Assembly: GCA_040954595.2 (NCBI GenBank)
Contig: CM082583.2
Location: 7,128,849 to 7,192,848, forward strand
DNA length: 64,000 nucleotides
Direction: 5' to 3'
Origin: Balanoglossus misakiensis
Taxonomy: Eukaryota; Animalia; Hemichordata
Shown here: in pieces, positions 24,001-38,091 of the stretch
How the letters are laid out: every line of letters starts with the position of its first letter
Position numbering within the stretch: the first letter of the stretch is position 1
Notes under the pieces: model-generated
Told to the model about the DNA's origin: nothing
The model's input: only the letters and a program-made list of their open reading frames with translations
Databases searched by the model: none
Program-made: the position numbers and the translations under genes

Positions 24001-27000
24001 ATGAAAAAATCTCACAACGGCAACATAAAATTTTACTGGAATGTGACTTGGGGGATAACACGTTCGCGCGGAGAGAAAAAAAGTCCATCTGCGAAATGGC
24101 CCATAAAAAGCGCGGGTAACGAGCAATTGAATGGTCTTTATTTGCAGTAATGCACTATGTTTCTCTTCCTTCGCTCTAGTCCCGGCACACCTCTTGGCCA
24201 CTTACACCCACAGCGCAGGCCGTGCTAGACTCACCCCGCATTGGTGAATAATCGTCTAGTTTGATAAATACTAGCTACTCCTCAGATATTTTGAATCCGT
24301 TTGAAATTATGTAAAAACTAACATTTCGTCTGCATTTTAAATAATCTGCACAAAAAGGCATTTAATTAGGGGCATTGTTAATTGAATGTGATGGTCAATT
24401 AATTGATGGAAAAGTAATTAAATCTTGTACGGTATTGTGTATGAATATTAATTCATGTTTAGTGTTAAATATTGCCTTTTCTTCACAAGGTATGTGACAT
24501 GTTTAACATCTTTCAGTGATAAAAATCTAGCTTTAAAGCTGCATTATCTTAAATGAAAATTGATGTTTCAAAATACTCTGTACGAACAAAATACTAGTAG
24601 TTGGCTTCTTCGAGAAGGCCTTTGTACTTGCTAATCCTGTTCGATCAAGATACTTTACCGATAGGGACGTTTTAATAGCATGAACGACAATGTTATGCAG
24701 ATAAAAAAATGATGAGTCGCCACCGATGATCCAGAAATAAGCAAAACTCGATCGATGGCTGGCTGATAGCCAAAAGTCGTAACTGATGCGGAGGAGCAAA
24801 GAAGCTGTAACTGTACTATTGTGTCATTCTGGGACACCAAATCGTGTTTCTTAAGAAACATAACAGGTATACGAAAAAAGACGTTTGTGTCAAAACGGAC
24901 TGGTTGTGGCTACCTAGGTGACACTGTCCAACCATCATGATCTTCTTTGTTGCGGTCGACATAAACACGCGCCAAACTTTTCTACTGCGCCTCAAAACCG
25001 CGGGAAACACTCTCCGTCAGATTCAATATTTCCAAAACAAAGCAGCGGTGGCCACGTGCTGATTTGGCAGACACAAGGCAACGCTCACTTCGTCATCATA
25101 ATCAGCCCAGCCGTTAAATCTGCACTAATTGCCTGAGTAATTGGCACAAATCTCATTTAACGAAATCAAAGGTCATTGTTTTGACAATGAAATTGTGACA
25201 ATACGAACGGTTAACGAGGAAATCGTCGCGGACAAAAAGAGCTATATTTTTCTCAATTAATAAGAAAAACAATTGGTGGTGTAGATGAATTACTGGAATA
25301 AACAACGAATTTACCATAATTGAATTCAAATTCAGTTTTTTCAAAGGAAAACACGGTCTTGGCGCTCCAGCGATGCGCCTTCCAGATCGTTTTGCATTGC
25401 ATGAACTCCCCATGGGTAAAGTGATGGCGACAACCGAACGGGAAGCGATGTCTTCGCGTGTGATTCGTACGAACCGGAATGGTTACGACATACATGTCAA
25501 ATGTACATCACTTCGGACTCAGACTCAGCCTGTAATTAGGGCAAACAGAAAACGACGGGCGGAAGTCACGTGACGTCCAATCAAGACGTGTTACGGTTGT
25601 CTTTCCAGCGCTAATCGCTTTGTATTGTTTAGACATATTTGGACGACGCCAATTTCAAAATTCATCTGTCTTCCATGTTTTCTTATGTTTTGTTATTATT
25701 TTAGTCATATTAAACACACGTACATGTATATTTTCCTATTATAAATCTTTCTTTTTTTCGTCCGAGGAAATGGGTCGCGTGCTGACTCAAGTATCACATG
25801 ATGAGATCTATGACTTTTCATAACTTTACTATTCCTTCTCCAAATATATTGTTTAATTTCGGGTCTTACATATATTTCCATATCTAATTTGCGTTCGCAT
25901 ATTTGAATTTCCTCTTTTCTGACGATTTTAGAGATTAAAATGCCGCGCCCCATCCTGTTGATCTACGTACTTTGAAGTTCGCAAAGAAAATCCCGCAATT
26001 AGAGCGGACTAAAGCAAGTGCTCACCCTTTTTTCTCATCATTCCGACGATCGTCACAAGCAGCGACGATTCCCGCCAGTTTGCGTGCGCACCCTGTGCCA
26101 TTGTGTCGCCACTGCAACCATTGCCACTATCGTTCTCCGCTGCGCCGGCGGGACCACCCCTCGAGAATTCCACTTTACGGGATTTTCCTCAACCATCGAT
26201 GTCGTTCGGATCGAATGTACCGAGGCAGCTTTCAGGGGCGAACAACAATGCTGCAAAAGTTAATTACAGAACGTGATTAGTTAGATTGTAACTAAATAAA
26301 ACCACATTTCATTACTGGGAATTTAATGATTTCATAAATAAGGCTGGGAAACCACGGGGGGCTTTAACTGAGAGAAAGAGTTGAACGTAATATCTTTCAG
26401 CGGTGCGTGTCATAACTGAAATGTACACACCGCCACCGACATCTATAATTACCCAGTTATGCCAAGAAGTTCAGTTTTAATCAATATTTCTGTGTCTCTG
26501 CGTTTCTCTATGTTCCTGTCACCGTTTCTCACCCTCTCTTGTACAAATAGGTAGGATATACACTTGAGGACAGAACATATTTGAAAATCATAAACCCAAT
26601 AGGATTGATAACATTTTTATTTGACTTAGCAGAATCAACTGTTGATCGACTCACTACTGTTTGTCGTCGCAATTTACGATTACACCGAGGAGTATATGGG
26701 CCAGGGCCAGACGTATTTTTATTTAGTATACCTTTTATAGCGCGGCAATAAAATCCAGGAAAAGTAATTCCCGGTTTGGGACCCGGAATCGCATCATAAC
26801 GGCCGTGCTTTACCACTCTACAACGACAGACCAGTCATTAACGGGAACTCTAACGCGCCCACTTGCAATTATCTGGAATTATTCTCACAACACATGAAAT
26901 CACGTCTCACTGTGCCGACGATCAGTGGACCACTTCAAGTCACTCCGAGTACAATAAACGACTCTTGTCATTCCTAGCCGCGAGGAGCGATCCTTCGAGA

Positions 27001-27028
27001 GCCTACTGAATCAAGTACTTCTTTCGGC

Positions 27029-27063
27029 TTCATTCATTCATTCATTCCACCGACCGACCGACC
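27029..27063. repeat. Compound microsatellite (TTCA)n-(ACCG)n
   Basis: ttcattcattcattcattc followed by accgaccgaccgacc. Confidence 0.8.
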
Positions 27064-27578
27064 AAGCGACCGGACCACACCTTTATTTCTTCAATGAAGT
27101 GAGCATTGGATCATGCTCAAGTTATTCTGAATATGTCTTCTACAAAAACATTAGTCTGACTTTCTGTTGTTGTTGCGCCAGGACCCACTGTTTCATTCTT
27201 TGTCCGGTATTAGGAACCAAGTTAAGTCTGAACGAGTGCAAGTATGTGTAGTTTTCCTATGACACGTCACTTCATATAGGCGGTGACGTCATAGGTCTGT
27301 GTGTTGTTCGGTTTTCCGCAACGACTCGCACGTAGGCGCCGATGTAGAACCTATCATTAGAGTGTCGATGAAGAGTGAATTAACACGATGACGTCATAGG
27401 TCTCGCCTTTCCTTTTCTCGTTACAAATATTTGCTTTGAAGTAACCCCATGCTACTGTGCCTGCCGAGAAAAGTTTATACGCTTTAAACTGCACTTTAGG
27501 ACTCAAATACGTTGGTGACATTTTATTCTACAACTAATAGAATGAGGACTTGTGCATCCGTCCAACATGAAGCCATTT

Positions 27579-27614
27579 TGTGTGTGTGCGTGTGTGCGTG
27601 TGTGGGGGGGGGGG
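27579..27614. repeat. (TG/CG)n tract followed by G11
   Basis: Directly visible. Confidence 0.8.
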
Positions 27615-30600
27615 TACACCTGACTATATCTTCCAATAATGTCCTAGCCACATAATGCTTGCCGTGATACATAGATAAGACGATTCAAAATACACGGATA
27701 GAGGGGTGGATGCTCTATGTTTAATACGGTACCCCTTACTTTCTTTGCGCGCACCATGCATGGTCACATAATGCTGTTACCTTCCTCCGACCTTGTCTGA
27801 TCAGCGACATCTCTGTATGCGACATGGAGAACAGCATCGCCGTATCCCCCGAATTCTCGTTTACTATCGCCTCATTAATAAGACTGACTCCTGAACAAAT
27901 TGCGACCATTCATTAAATCCAGGTCACGCTTTGATCGAATTCCTAATCAGTTGCTCGCCGAAGATTAATGACACGGCAGATGCAAATGAAGAATATTCAT
28001 ATTAATTTATTCGTTCGTTTACATAGCATCACTTCTATCTGAACATCTGTCATGGGCCATAATATTCAAATCAAGCCAATACGCAATTTCGGGAAAAGTT
28101 AATGAGGGTCAGAGCTTACCTCATTCCGACATAATTGCGAAACTGCAAACTCCTCTATTAGTATTCAGCGGAGTGGCGCGAATAATGTACATAGTCGGCT
28201 ATTAAGGTTTCAACTAAGTCATCTTTGATAAACACTTCACATACTGTGTTGTCCCTTATTTTAAGCGACTGTTGATTTTCATCAGTGCTCATTTTATTGG
28301 AAAAAAATCAAATTGCAATATTTTCACGGTTTAATGGAATGCGCACGGAGAGTGACAATGCTAATCAAGTGCGGGCAAATGACCATTTGCCAATTATATA
28401 AAGTAATTGCATATTCCAAAAGGGCCAGGTCCAGTCGCACTTTCATCGTTCCCTGGTCATGATCTCACTCTGTACGGCGAAGATGACAGAGATACCTCTG
28501 TCTTGTTTTAGTGCAGAACGATAATTTTAGTCATGGCGACCCTGTCTTCTATGATAAGGCCACACATATTGGTCTTCTTGCAGACGATCGTTTATTATAG
28601 GTCTACAGATGTCCTGACAGTGACAATCAGCGGCCATGTTGGATCACTGCACCGTCACAGAGACAAGGAGACACACCCTGCGAAAAAGAGAGACGATATG
28701 ACAGAGTTAGCGCCTAAAATTACGAAACTGTGATGTTGTGGACATTTGCTGTGAAAAAAAGATGTACAGTTCCGAGTGTTGAGCCACCTGAAAAAAATAT
28801 GACGTCAGAGTGGTTGTGTTTGTGAACGATGATTCGCGAAGTTAACGAACGACAATCGGCATCGCTCTTTACAAAATATCCGTGGCCCAGGACTCCCGCG
28901 ATTGTAAACAAAGTTTCGCCGCGGTCGCGGTGGACTATATGATGGGACACAGACGAAGGAACAGAGTTGTAAACGGCCAGCTGCATCGACAGCGCGACTA
29001 CCCGCGAAAACAGAACTTGGTGGCTTCAAAATTCGTGCAACACGATCGGGGGAAGAATCGTTTCCGCTGAAAGAGATTATTTCTAAAATCGGTATTGAGA
29101 AGAACTTTAATTTGGTTGGGTTGGTTTATAAACACGGTTTGAAATTCGTTATTTTGATGAAGGCTGTTTAATTACAGAGGTGGTAAGGGCCACGTTTCTA
29201 CACGCTTCGCCCCCCCCCGCCTCCTCCTGTCTTCCACACGGTATACATGCAGTATATTAGGTACATATACAGATACATGTATGTGCGTTAGAAAACGCAG
29301 CGCGGTGGTGTTCGGTGAATAGACAAGACCATTTACACACATGACTACATTCGTGTGATTTATATCTATTCTCTTATCAGAGGCTTAGACACGAAACTCG
29401 ACTACTTACACAGTTTCTCATCGTAGTTTACATAGCATAATCCTCCCAGTGACAGCTAGTCCATTCCAACTCTCTATTATTTCACCCTCTGACCCGAGTG
29501 GTCGATCACAAGAAGAGAAAAAAAAATCGTTCGCTCACGCGTTCAAAACACTACCGTCGTAAACTTCTGGTGTTCCGCGATTCAAGTATCATTATAGTAA
29601 AAAAATCGCGAGGTTTCTATCAATCATTTTGAGCACAGTGTTTTAAAAAGTATGGCACTTACGTTTGCCAAACCATCGCCGTGGATAGTAAACGCGGTTT
29701 TCATAGTAGCGGAAGGTCCGCTTGACATTTGATTCTAAGAACATCCCGTCAAGTGCGAGTAATTGAAAATGTCATTTTCTGTACAATTTTCTAAGCGAGG
29801 ACCGGCATAGATCTTGCGATAAATCGCTGTTGTTAAGTTCTACCAGTTACATAAAATCACTTCCCCACCGAAAAAATAATCCAAAGACGATAGGATAAAA
29901 GTCTTACTTTTGAACTATTTGAGATCAACGCGTGAAAACTATAAACTATAAGGCCCGGCACGCCGGTTTTTCAAGTCAAGTCATCCGATCGAGCGTTCTT
30001 TGGAATACCCGGGTGATATTTCACCACCGTTCCCGTCTCTGTCTCAGATAAGCGACATCGAAGTTCCAGGTTCGTCACGGCCACCGTCGGAGATATAAAT
30101 TCATATTTTTGATTCGACAGTTGATTTACGCCGCGCGTATTCACCACCACGCCGCCAAGTGATATTTTATGGGAAAGCATCCATGCGGGGTCCTTGCAAG
30201 GTACATATATTTGATTTTAATCTGTGAAGGATCAGTGATGAGACGTTTTATTGTGCGCTCACTGATAAATATCACTTTGCGATGTGCCAGTTACGTTGAT
30301 TGAAATATAATTACTTCGTAGATGAAATTGACACCTCTCGCAAGCGTGCTAACAGTAAGTACCGCGGAGGATAAAAATCGACGCACGAACCAAAAGAACA
30401 TTCTGCGCATGTGCCACGCTCCCTCCACTCCCCGCCGCCGCAGTACCCGTAGCGAACTTATCCCCGGTTCGGATCGACGTGCACATATCACAGAAAAGAA
30501 GCGACGCACCCTGTATCATTTACAGATCATGCAAATTTCGCGCGCTGCTGACCACATCTGTCCAGACAATCAATCGCTCCAAATTGAACAAACCATCGCC

Positions 30601-30872
30601 GTTCAGTCTGATCATTCTGAACTTAAACAACCGAAGAAAGTTAGCGAGATTGACGGTAATCCTCACCGATGATATCCGGGGAATTCTCAAAAAATCCACG
30701 AGCGGTAATTAATAAAGGCTCTCGTGATAGTACGAGTTGCAATAAAACAAATGGCGAAGTAGTAAAACAGTTCTGCCTATAAAATAATAATCGTAATTAC
30801 CACAACACTAACTCAGAATGACGATAAAGTTATTGCTTCATACGACCAGTCCGACGGTAGTCGTAGCGTTGG

Positions 30873-30873
<1 letters not shown>

Positions 30874-30963
<90 letters not shown>
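30874..30963. repeat. (GAT)30 perfect trinucleotide microsatellite
   Basis: Directly visible; produces the spurious poly-Ile ORF. Confidence 0.98.
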
Positions 30964-33900
30964 AAGAAAGCGACTAGGGGAAATCTTAAATCTATAGCAA
31001 ATGGTTTGCAAATAGTCTGAACGTGTTAATACCAGTAAATTGCTCTCACTTTCCTTCTTTTTGGTCATTAATTTAAAATACAGCTAGTGTGGGGTTTAAG
31101 TTCGCGAAATCAAATGCAAGATCGCGATGCCGGTGGATGTGAGGAGGTCCTCTAAACTGCTCTTCCCTGAACCGGCAGATTGTACCATCGACTGAAACAA
31201 CACCAGAAGAATACGATAATGAATCGATGAATCATGGTCAATCCGTAACACGCTTCTACCTCATTGGCAAGTTACCTGAAAACACTGGCAGGGCCATGTT
31301 TTGACATGGCGAGTCAACACACCACTTTGCGGCGAACACGTGTTCGGTTTCTGAAACCCTCTGTTTACGTGTGAACTTTCCCATCGTATTCACTTCACCC
31401 AAAAGCATCCAGCTTAATATATTGGCATTTTCAAGAGGGGAAGCGTTGATATCAACTTTTAAATATATAAACTCGACATAAAGGGGTAACAAGCACAAGG
31501 CTTGAGGTTCAATATGAAACAGCCACACCAGAGATGACAGGCAACGCCAAGACAGTTGCGAGCACCGAAGTCTGTGACCGTGCATATACGCCATAACTTT
31601 TTTGTTGTCCCCCAGGCTACGGTGTGTAAATTTCTCGGCAAGTGAATCCGAACTATCTTTTGATGACGAAATAATGGGAGAGCGACACTATCACCAGCGC
31701 CGCAAATGAAGATGAATTTCGTTATTAAGACTAATTACTATTCATGGAAAGTTGCTTAACAGGTAATTAAGAACAGGTCACGCTGCAGAGACGCTAGGCG
31801 ATGTTGTCTTACACAAATTAAGATTAATAACGCAAGCAGTGGACGCCTATTCATAGCGGGCGATTAAACGAGCGAAGCAAATCAGACCTGGGCTGCACAT
31901 CATACGAGCCCATAATGGGAAAAGGGGGCGAAGAAAAATATATGGTGCATCCTGAGAAGTCGTTTATGTAAAACGACCACAGACTAGCAGTAAAAATACA
32001 GCAAGGTATTGACTCTAATTTCGAGGCTTGATTTGATTCATTATTCCAATCTGAGTCCGTTTAGGAAACAGAAGAAATAAATTGCATAACAATTCAGCGG
32101 TCCCAGATTAATCTTCGACGCTCTATTCTTCACACTTTTCATATTGTCCATTGTGTATGAAGTTCGTATCCGCCCCAAGCCTTCGTCCCCCGGGCGCGGC
32201 CGGCCACGCGCGCCAAGGTAAACACAGCGCGCATCTGCGCTGCCGAAATCCACTGGTAATAACCTTGTGTTTTACATTATCTCGCTATTTCTTGTTTACA
32301 ATTTCATTATTATCTCTTTTTGGCGTGCTTCGGTTAATTTATCGCGTTGTGACTTTCTGAGGGGATCTCCCGCCCAAAGCGATGTGCATTTATTGGCGTA
32401 GGTCGTTGTTCAGTCCTGTTTCTGGATCTGTTTCTGCGTGGACGTGAACAGCTGCCGTCTTTACCCACCATTGACTGTTTGATATTCTTTGTTTATTTCT
32501 CGCTTACTAGTTTCTCGCTCTGTCGATTTCATCAACTCTCGTAAATACACGGTCTCTCGTTGGCGTTGATCCGGGCGATCGGGACTCGCTGCCAACGATT
32601 TTGCTTCGTAATGGCCCGTAGTCGCCCGAGTGTAAACAGTACAAAAAATCTAACTCCGCGGGGAACACTCGGCCGACCCATTGAAGTCAAGTTGCGTACG
32701 AAACACTCAAATAGGAAGGTCAATTTGGCGATTTTTAAAAACTAAGAAACACAGTCGAGAAAGAAAAAAAGAGAATACGTGTTTCCGATTGGCTGTGTTT
32801 CTTTTAACTTCACAGGTTGTACGACGTCGCAAGATTAATTAACAGAGGAAAATGGCCTGAAGGACTCCGTGGAACACTCGACTGTAGCCACATTCATGTA
32901 GCGAGCCCGCGGGGCTGAATTCTCCGAACCGGAACTCCCATGGAACGTGCCTGCCACTGTTTAGAATTCTGTGGCTGTCGCCAAGCCGAGACTACCGTAA
33001 TATTTCAGTGTTGAATTATTTCAGCCGGGGAAAGTTTATGAGATTTTCCAGTTAATAGTAAGACTGGTTTTTTAGTCGCTGCTGCACCTGACGCAGTCCA
33101 TGAATTTTATTTTTCTTGGAGATTTCGTTTTAAATAGACTTGCAGAAGCCCAGGAGAAGCTTTTTTTTTTGAGTTATGACACTTTAAATTGGGAATCATG
33201 AATTTCGATAGAACCATTTAACTGGGCTTAATGAATTTTGCTTCAAGTCTAGCGTAACATTTACTTCGCTGCCGACCGAGAGATGTACAAGGATGCTCCC
33301 CGGGGGGTGACACAGTGTGTCTAGAATCAGTCCACAAATTAAAGTTATACCTGAAATATGCAAACATTCCCGTGTGCCCATGATTAGTAATTTGCAAAGG
33401 TAGGTTTACTTCGATCTGTGCGCCTACACCTTGGGATTCGAGACAATCATATACGGTTTCGAAAGGGGAGGGAAAAAAGCTGAACATCTTTCCATTGTGA
33501 AACGGCGTGGTACTTAACTGTCCCTCACTACAAGTGTCGCATAATTTATATCAGCCACTTGGTGCAGTTGCTAATGGTTGTTTTATTCTTAAATTTTCAT
33601 CACATAGGCCTAGTTGTTTCAATTGCTTAAAATCTAATGGACTTTTCTTCCAAGGCTGCGCTTAAATTATACAAATTAATTAGCAATAGGGTGTTTACAT
33701 TACGAGATTTTCGATTTTTTAAAGAAAATTTGAAATAAACAAAAATTGGTGTCATGGAGAAAGAAGACAAGCTAGATCAAAGACATATTATTCACAGAAT
33801 GGGTTTGATGCCCGCAAAATCTTGCATTTTTGAGCCGTGAAATATTAGCCAATTTGCATTTAGTTAACAGTCACCAAAAAGTAGCCTGCAGTGTGAGACT

Positions 33901-36900
33901 GTAGGCAAATCATTTAGTGTCCTGAAAAAATGGTGGGTAAAAATCAAAACCCGTAAAAGTTATCTAATCTTCTGCGAGTTTCCTGTTTGAAAGATTTTAG
34001 TACATTTGAAAGTGGACCGCGAAGTTGATTCAATTTATGTTTTATTAACCTCAATGACTTCAGTCCATAAACTTGGCAATGGTCTCGTTCTCGCAACAAT
34101 GCTTTTTACGGTTGGGGGATCAATTCAGATGGTCTCGCCAGTACCCCGGATGAGCGGAAACTAATTTTCCTTGGATGGTTCTCAAGTGGGGGAGGAGTAT
34201 TCCCAGATCTCGTTGTAATTTCTCTCAAAACTATGTTTTTGTGATTACTGCTGCGGATTTAGCAGACAGAGACGTGGTAATAGCACCTTCGGGGTAGCCC
34301 CGGCCATCAAATGCTGCCGGACCTCGGCGCTTCCATTTTCTCTCCCGGAGCTGCGTTGAAATATTAGTTTATTGCGTATTCAAGGCGCTGGGTGTTAACA
34401 GGCCGCGTGCGTCGCCCCTGCCGCTGCGACGCCTAGGGCCAATTGCAACGTAACCAGCCTCTCTATCTCTCTCTGCCAACTTCTCACCGTCTGTTTATCT
34501 TCATGCTGCGTAAACGGGCAAATTTACCCAAACCGATCCCGAAAATCGCAAGACAATGCACAAAATGGCTATTCTATAAATCGAAAAATGATAATACGGA
34601 ATCTTAAACTTCTAATTGGTTAAATTATCAGGAACCGCGAAGGGTCGGGAGAGTTCGCCATTTGTTTGGGTAGCAGATACCGAGCATATAATTCTCAGCC
34701 GTCAGTGGCGGCTATATCGGAACTTCTTCTAGCAACAAAAAATTATCGAAGCTCGTTAGGTCAGGATATTTTGTCCGTTGCCGATAGACAATTGTGATAA
34801 CTAGCACGACAGTCTGCTCAAATGCATATTCCAATTCCCCGGGCACAAGTCTAGAGTTCTGATGTGATGTGGATAGCGGGTCCCTCAGTGCATTAAACAG
34901 CGATCGACGCGGCACCGCCGTCGGTTCTGCATGACTGGCGATACCTACAGCACCCTGCGCCTGCATAAACTAACGAAATGTTATCAGTGCCGGCGATCGG
35001 CTCTCTTCACTAGCCCTTATTTTCCGGTGTCGCCGCTGGTTCACCTCGGCGGGGCAGGGTTTATCACGATTCTGTCAGTCCGAGGTGTTTTTCTATTACG
35101 GGAGAATGGCTTTCAAATTGTCGAGCCTGTCCTGGGAAGTTTTTTCCCCGATCTCAATTATACCTCGACGCCGCTGTTGGGATTAATCCGTGCCTTTTCC
35201 GAAGGTACACCGCTTAAATGTCGGCCTACTGTCACCTTAAAGCATCGGTATCGAAATCCAGACGCAGACGAACCAAAATTAAAAGTTAACACGATGCAAG
35301 AATATCCATCTGTCACTCGGAAAGATACCATCGGTCCTGAACAAAAAATAAACACGCGAGATCTCGCGTCTGGGGAGACCAAAAATGTGACATTTCGCTG
35401 AGTAGTAAGCCAAGAGAATCTTTTCTGTTTCTTGTGCTATAAGTTCGAAGATTCAAAACTTAGCATATGAATACTGACAATGGAAAATGGAGAAGAACAT
35501 TGTCTGATGGATGTATCTTTCGCATGAGTTGAAAGGATCGAAAACATCGTAAATTAGCGGAGCGAATTAGAGTAGATATACTTCTATTCGGGTCAAAAGG
35601 TGGCCTGATGGTTCACATTGAAAGTTGGAGGCGAGCGAAGGTGCGAGAAGTTAATGGGTTGGCAATACGCGCTAATAAATGGCGAGCACTGCTCCTACAT
35701 ACATCTCACGCGCCGCTACAGCCGTGGATTCGCCCAGCTCTTGTGGGACTGTGCATCGTCCCCGATCGGACATGAAACTGCTTTTTTATTCGCGTAAACG
35801 ACACCGCACACTGAATGACAGGGCAAATTGAAAGTGACAGTTTCTCTAATAAGAGAAATAACACTGGCATCCCAGGCAGCTGCTCGATATAGTGTTGCCC
35901 CTATCTTTATAAAACGTAAACTCTAATGTCACTTTTTACAACTGGCTGTAAAAATAGTTAACTCGGCAGGGCCTTTTAAACAGCATTTCTTAGTGCCTTC
36001 AATTTTAGGGTCACTTTGGTTTTATAATGATTTCTTTTATTTATCTGACCCAGATCCATTATATATATATATATTCAGTTTTTGGACTATATGAATTTAA
36101 ATGTGAATCTTAGAGGGTGGGTGTGGTTGGGGTTTTTTTCTAGCACAATCCGAAAATATTCACTCTTTACTTGAAAGTCAAATTTAACAATGTAATTATA
36201 TAAAATTTAACAACAACGATACTTTAACCATTGTTTCGGAACATTTTTCCCTCAACAGCTAAATTTGTTTTGCCATTAGTCGAATCGATCAATTCCTGAG
36301 CCCTTGCAGCGATGCCGTGTCACGTTCTCGCACACCTTTCAATTTGTTCCGGCGAAACAAAATATCTCCGATACACGGCACAGTACAATGGCGATGATGC
36401 CAAACCCGCCAATCCTTACGCTCATACAGAACAACAATATCTTCGGTCTTCCCACTCGCTGTATAGACGTTTTCATTGTTTGCCAACATCCCAATAGCCG
36501 CTATATAGATAGCGCTGCGCCACATACTCGACTCCATGCATACCGAGCGCGCCAAAAAAACATTAACTTATAATTGTGGAAGTTACGTCTGAAGCGTAAA
36601 CGCGTGTCATCTTTATAGTGGCCATTCATTATGCTTTAACAAATCTATCCCAATTTTACGCCCGGTAAACCCGCCATCAGATTGTGCATATTTGGGGGGT
36701 TTTCCATTTTCGACTTTAAGCCTAAATTATGAATCTGGAATCAGTGCTATAAGGTTGGAGCATTAACGTTTTAACAGTCGTGAAACGGAACACATAATCA
36801 CTTGCGCCGGGTTATTATTTTCGTCTCATTTGTTAGTCGCACTTCACATATATATGACTCTATTCACTTTAAGTGGGTGTACCGCATTTTACAGAGTTAA

Positions 36901-38057
36901 AAATGACGTTGGTACCCTCTTAACACAACACTTTCTCCTGTTCAGTGGAGTTTCTGGGTTAGTTATTCAGTGGATGATCCTCCGCTTAACGCCGACGATA
37001 GAGCTAATCCCAAGAGTTTTGATCAAAATTGCACCAAAAGAATCGGAAAAGCGACCATTTAAGAAAAACCGACAGGTTTTATTCACTGTTTTTATCGCGC
37101 TTTCCTGCAGACTACTCGGGGGATGTCACTAGAATCGGCCACTTCCTACCAAACATATAATTACATCGAAGACGGGGATAGTGCATATTCCATATATATC
37201 ATTAAGAGAAGTCATTCGAAAAAAAGACAATTTTCTAATTAGGCGATACCGATATGTGCATTAGGTGCCGTCCGCGGGTTTCTTGGAAATGGACAGCAAT
37301 GAATAAATCTGCGCGCCCAAATGAAATTACCATGACAACGGCAACCCGTAACAAATAAACTCACTTTGCGAGCCCCAGTCGATTTATTTTTTATCCTCCG
37401 TACGTCGTGGGTGACAGTCGCCTTTTTAGGGGTAATGGCGGAGAAACCATACTCCTCGGATTTTTGATCCATTGTTGCTCCGTTCAGTTGGCAATTTCTT
37501 TCTTTTATGCGGAGGGGAAAGTTCGGGGAAAATGAGAATAATTCAATGGACCCTTTCGCTTCAAATGGCGTTTGGCGGATATGTACGCCCCGACTCCGCT
37601 CCTTTGGCGAGTGAACACGCAGTCTTAATGCATTAAATTTGTCGAACACAGCCCCGGTGCAAGAGTATACAAAATGCGACTCGAATCGCAGTCGGCATTC
37701 CGTTTTCAGACCATTGTTTGTCGTCGAAGCGCTCTCACGCCGAGGAGACGTTCTCAGAGTGCGGCTTTGTTCGGCGACGTTGTCGAAGGAAACTGGTTCT
37801 TCGCTTAATAAGTGCACGGAAAAACGGGGAGATCCTAATATCGTCTTTGGCATTTCAATGGTAGGTGAACGCGTCCCGCAGAACGTCTACTGTCGGCCCT
37901 TTTAAAACCAGACGTTTCATCGACACTTACAATAACGCTTTAAACTTTCCTTTTCCGTACACTTGGCGCGTTTTCTAATTCACTCATACACTTTTGAAGG
38001 TTAAAATCACTGCTTATATGACATGGTTCAAGTTACGATTAATGTGAAACTTAAGAA

Positions 38058-38091
38058 ATGATGGATGGATGGGTGGATGGATAGATGGATG
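38058..38091. repeat. Imperfect (TGGA)n microsatellite
   Basis: atgatggatggatgggtggatggatagatggatg. Confidence 0.75.

Noticed and set aside
5056-31068. Repetitive-peptide ORFs (YCTVL, HYTTL, poly-Ile)
   Set aside because: Translations of microsatellites. There are no spacers, so these are not CRISPR-like arrays.
34931-35401. 156-aa + strand ORF
   Set aside because: No motif, overlapped by similar ORFs on the opposite strand, and no exon structure seen.
37239-37853. 204-aa minus-strand ORF, the longest non-otp ORF
   Set aside because: No recognisable domain, Arg/Ser-rich random-like composition and no evident codon bias. Most likely a chance ORF in GC-richer DNA; a BLASTP would settle it.
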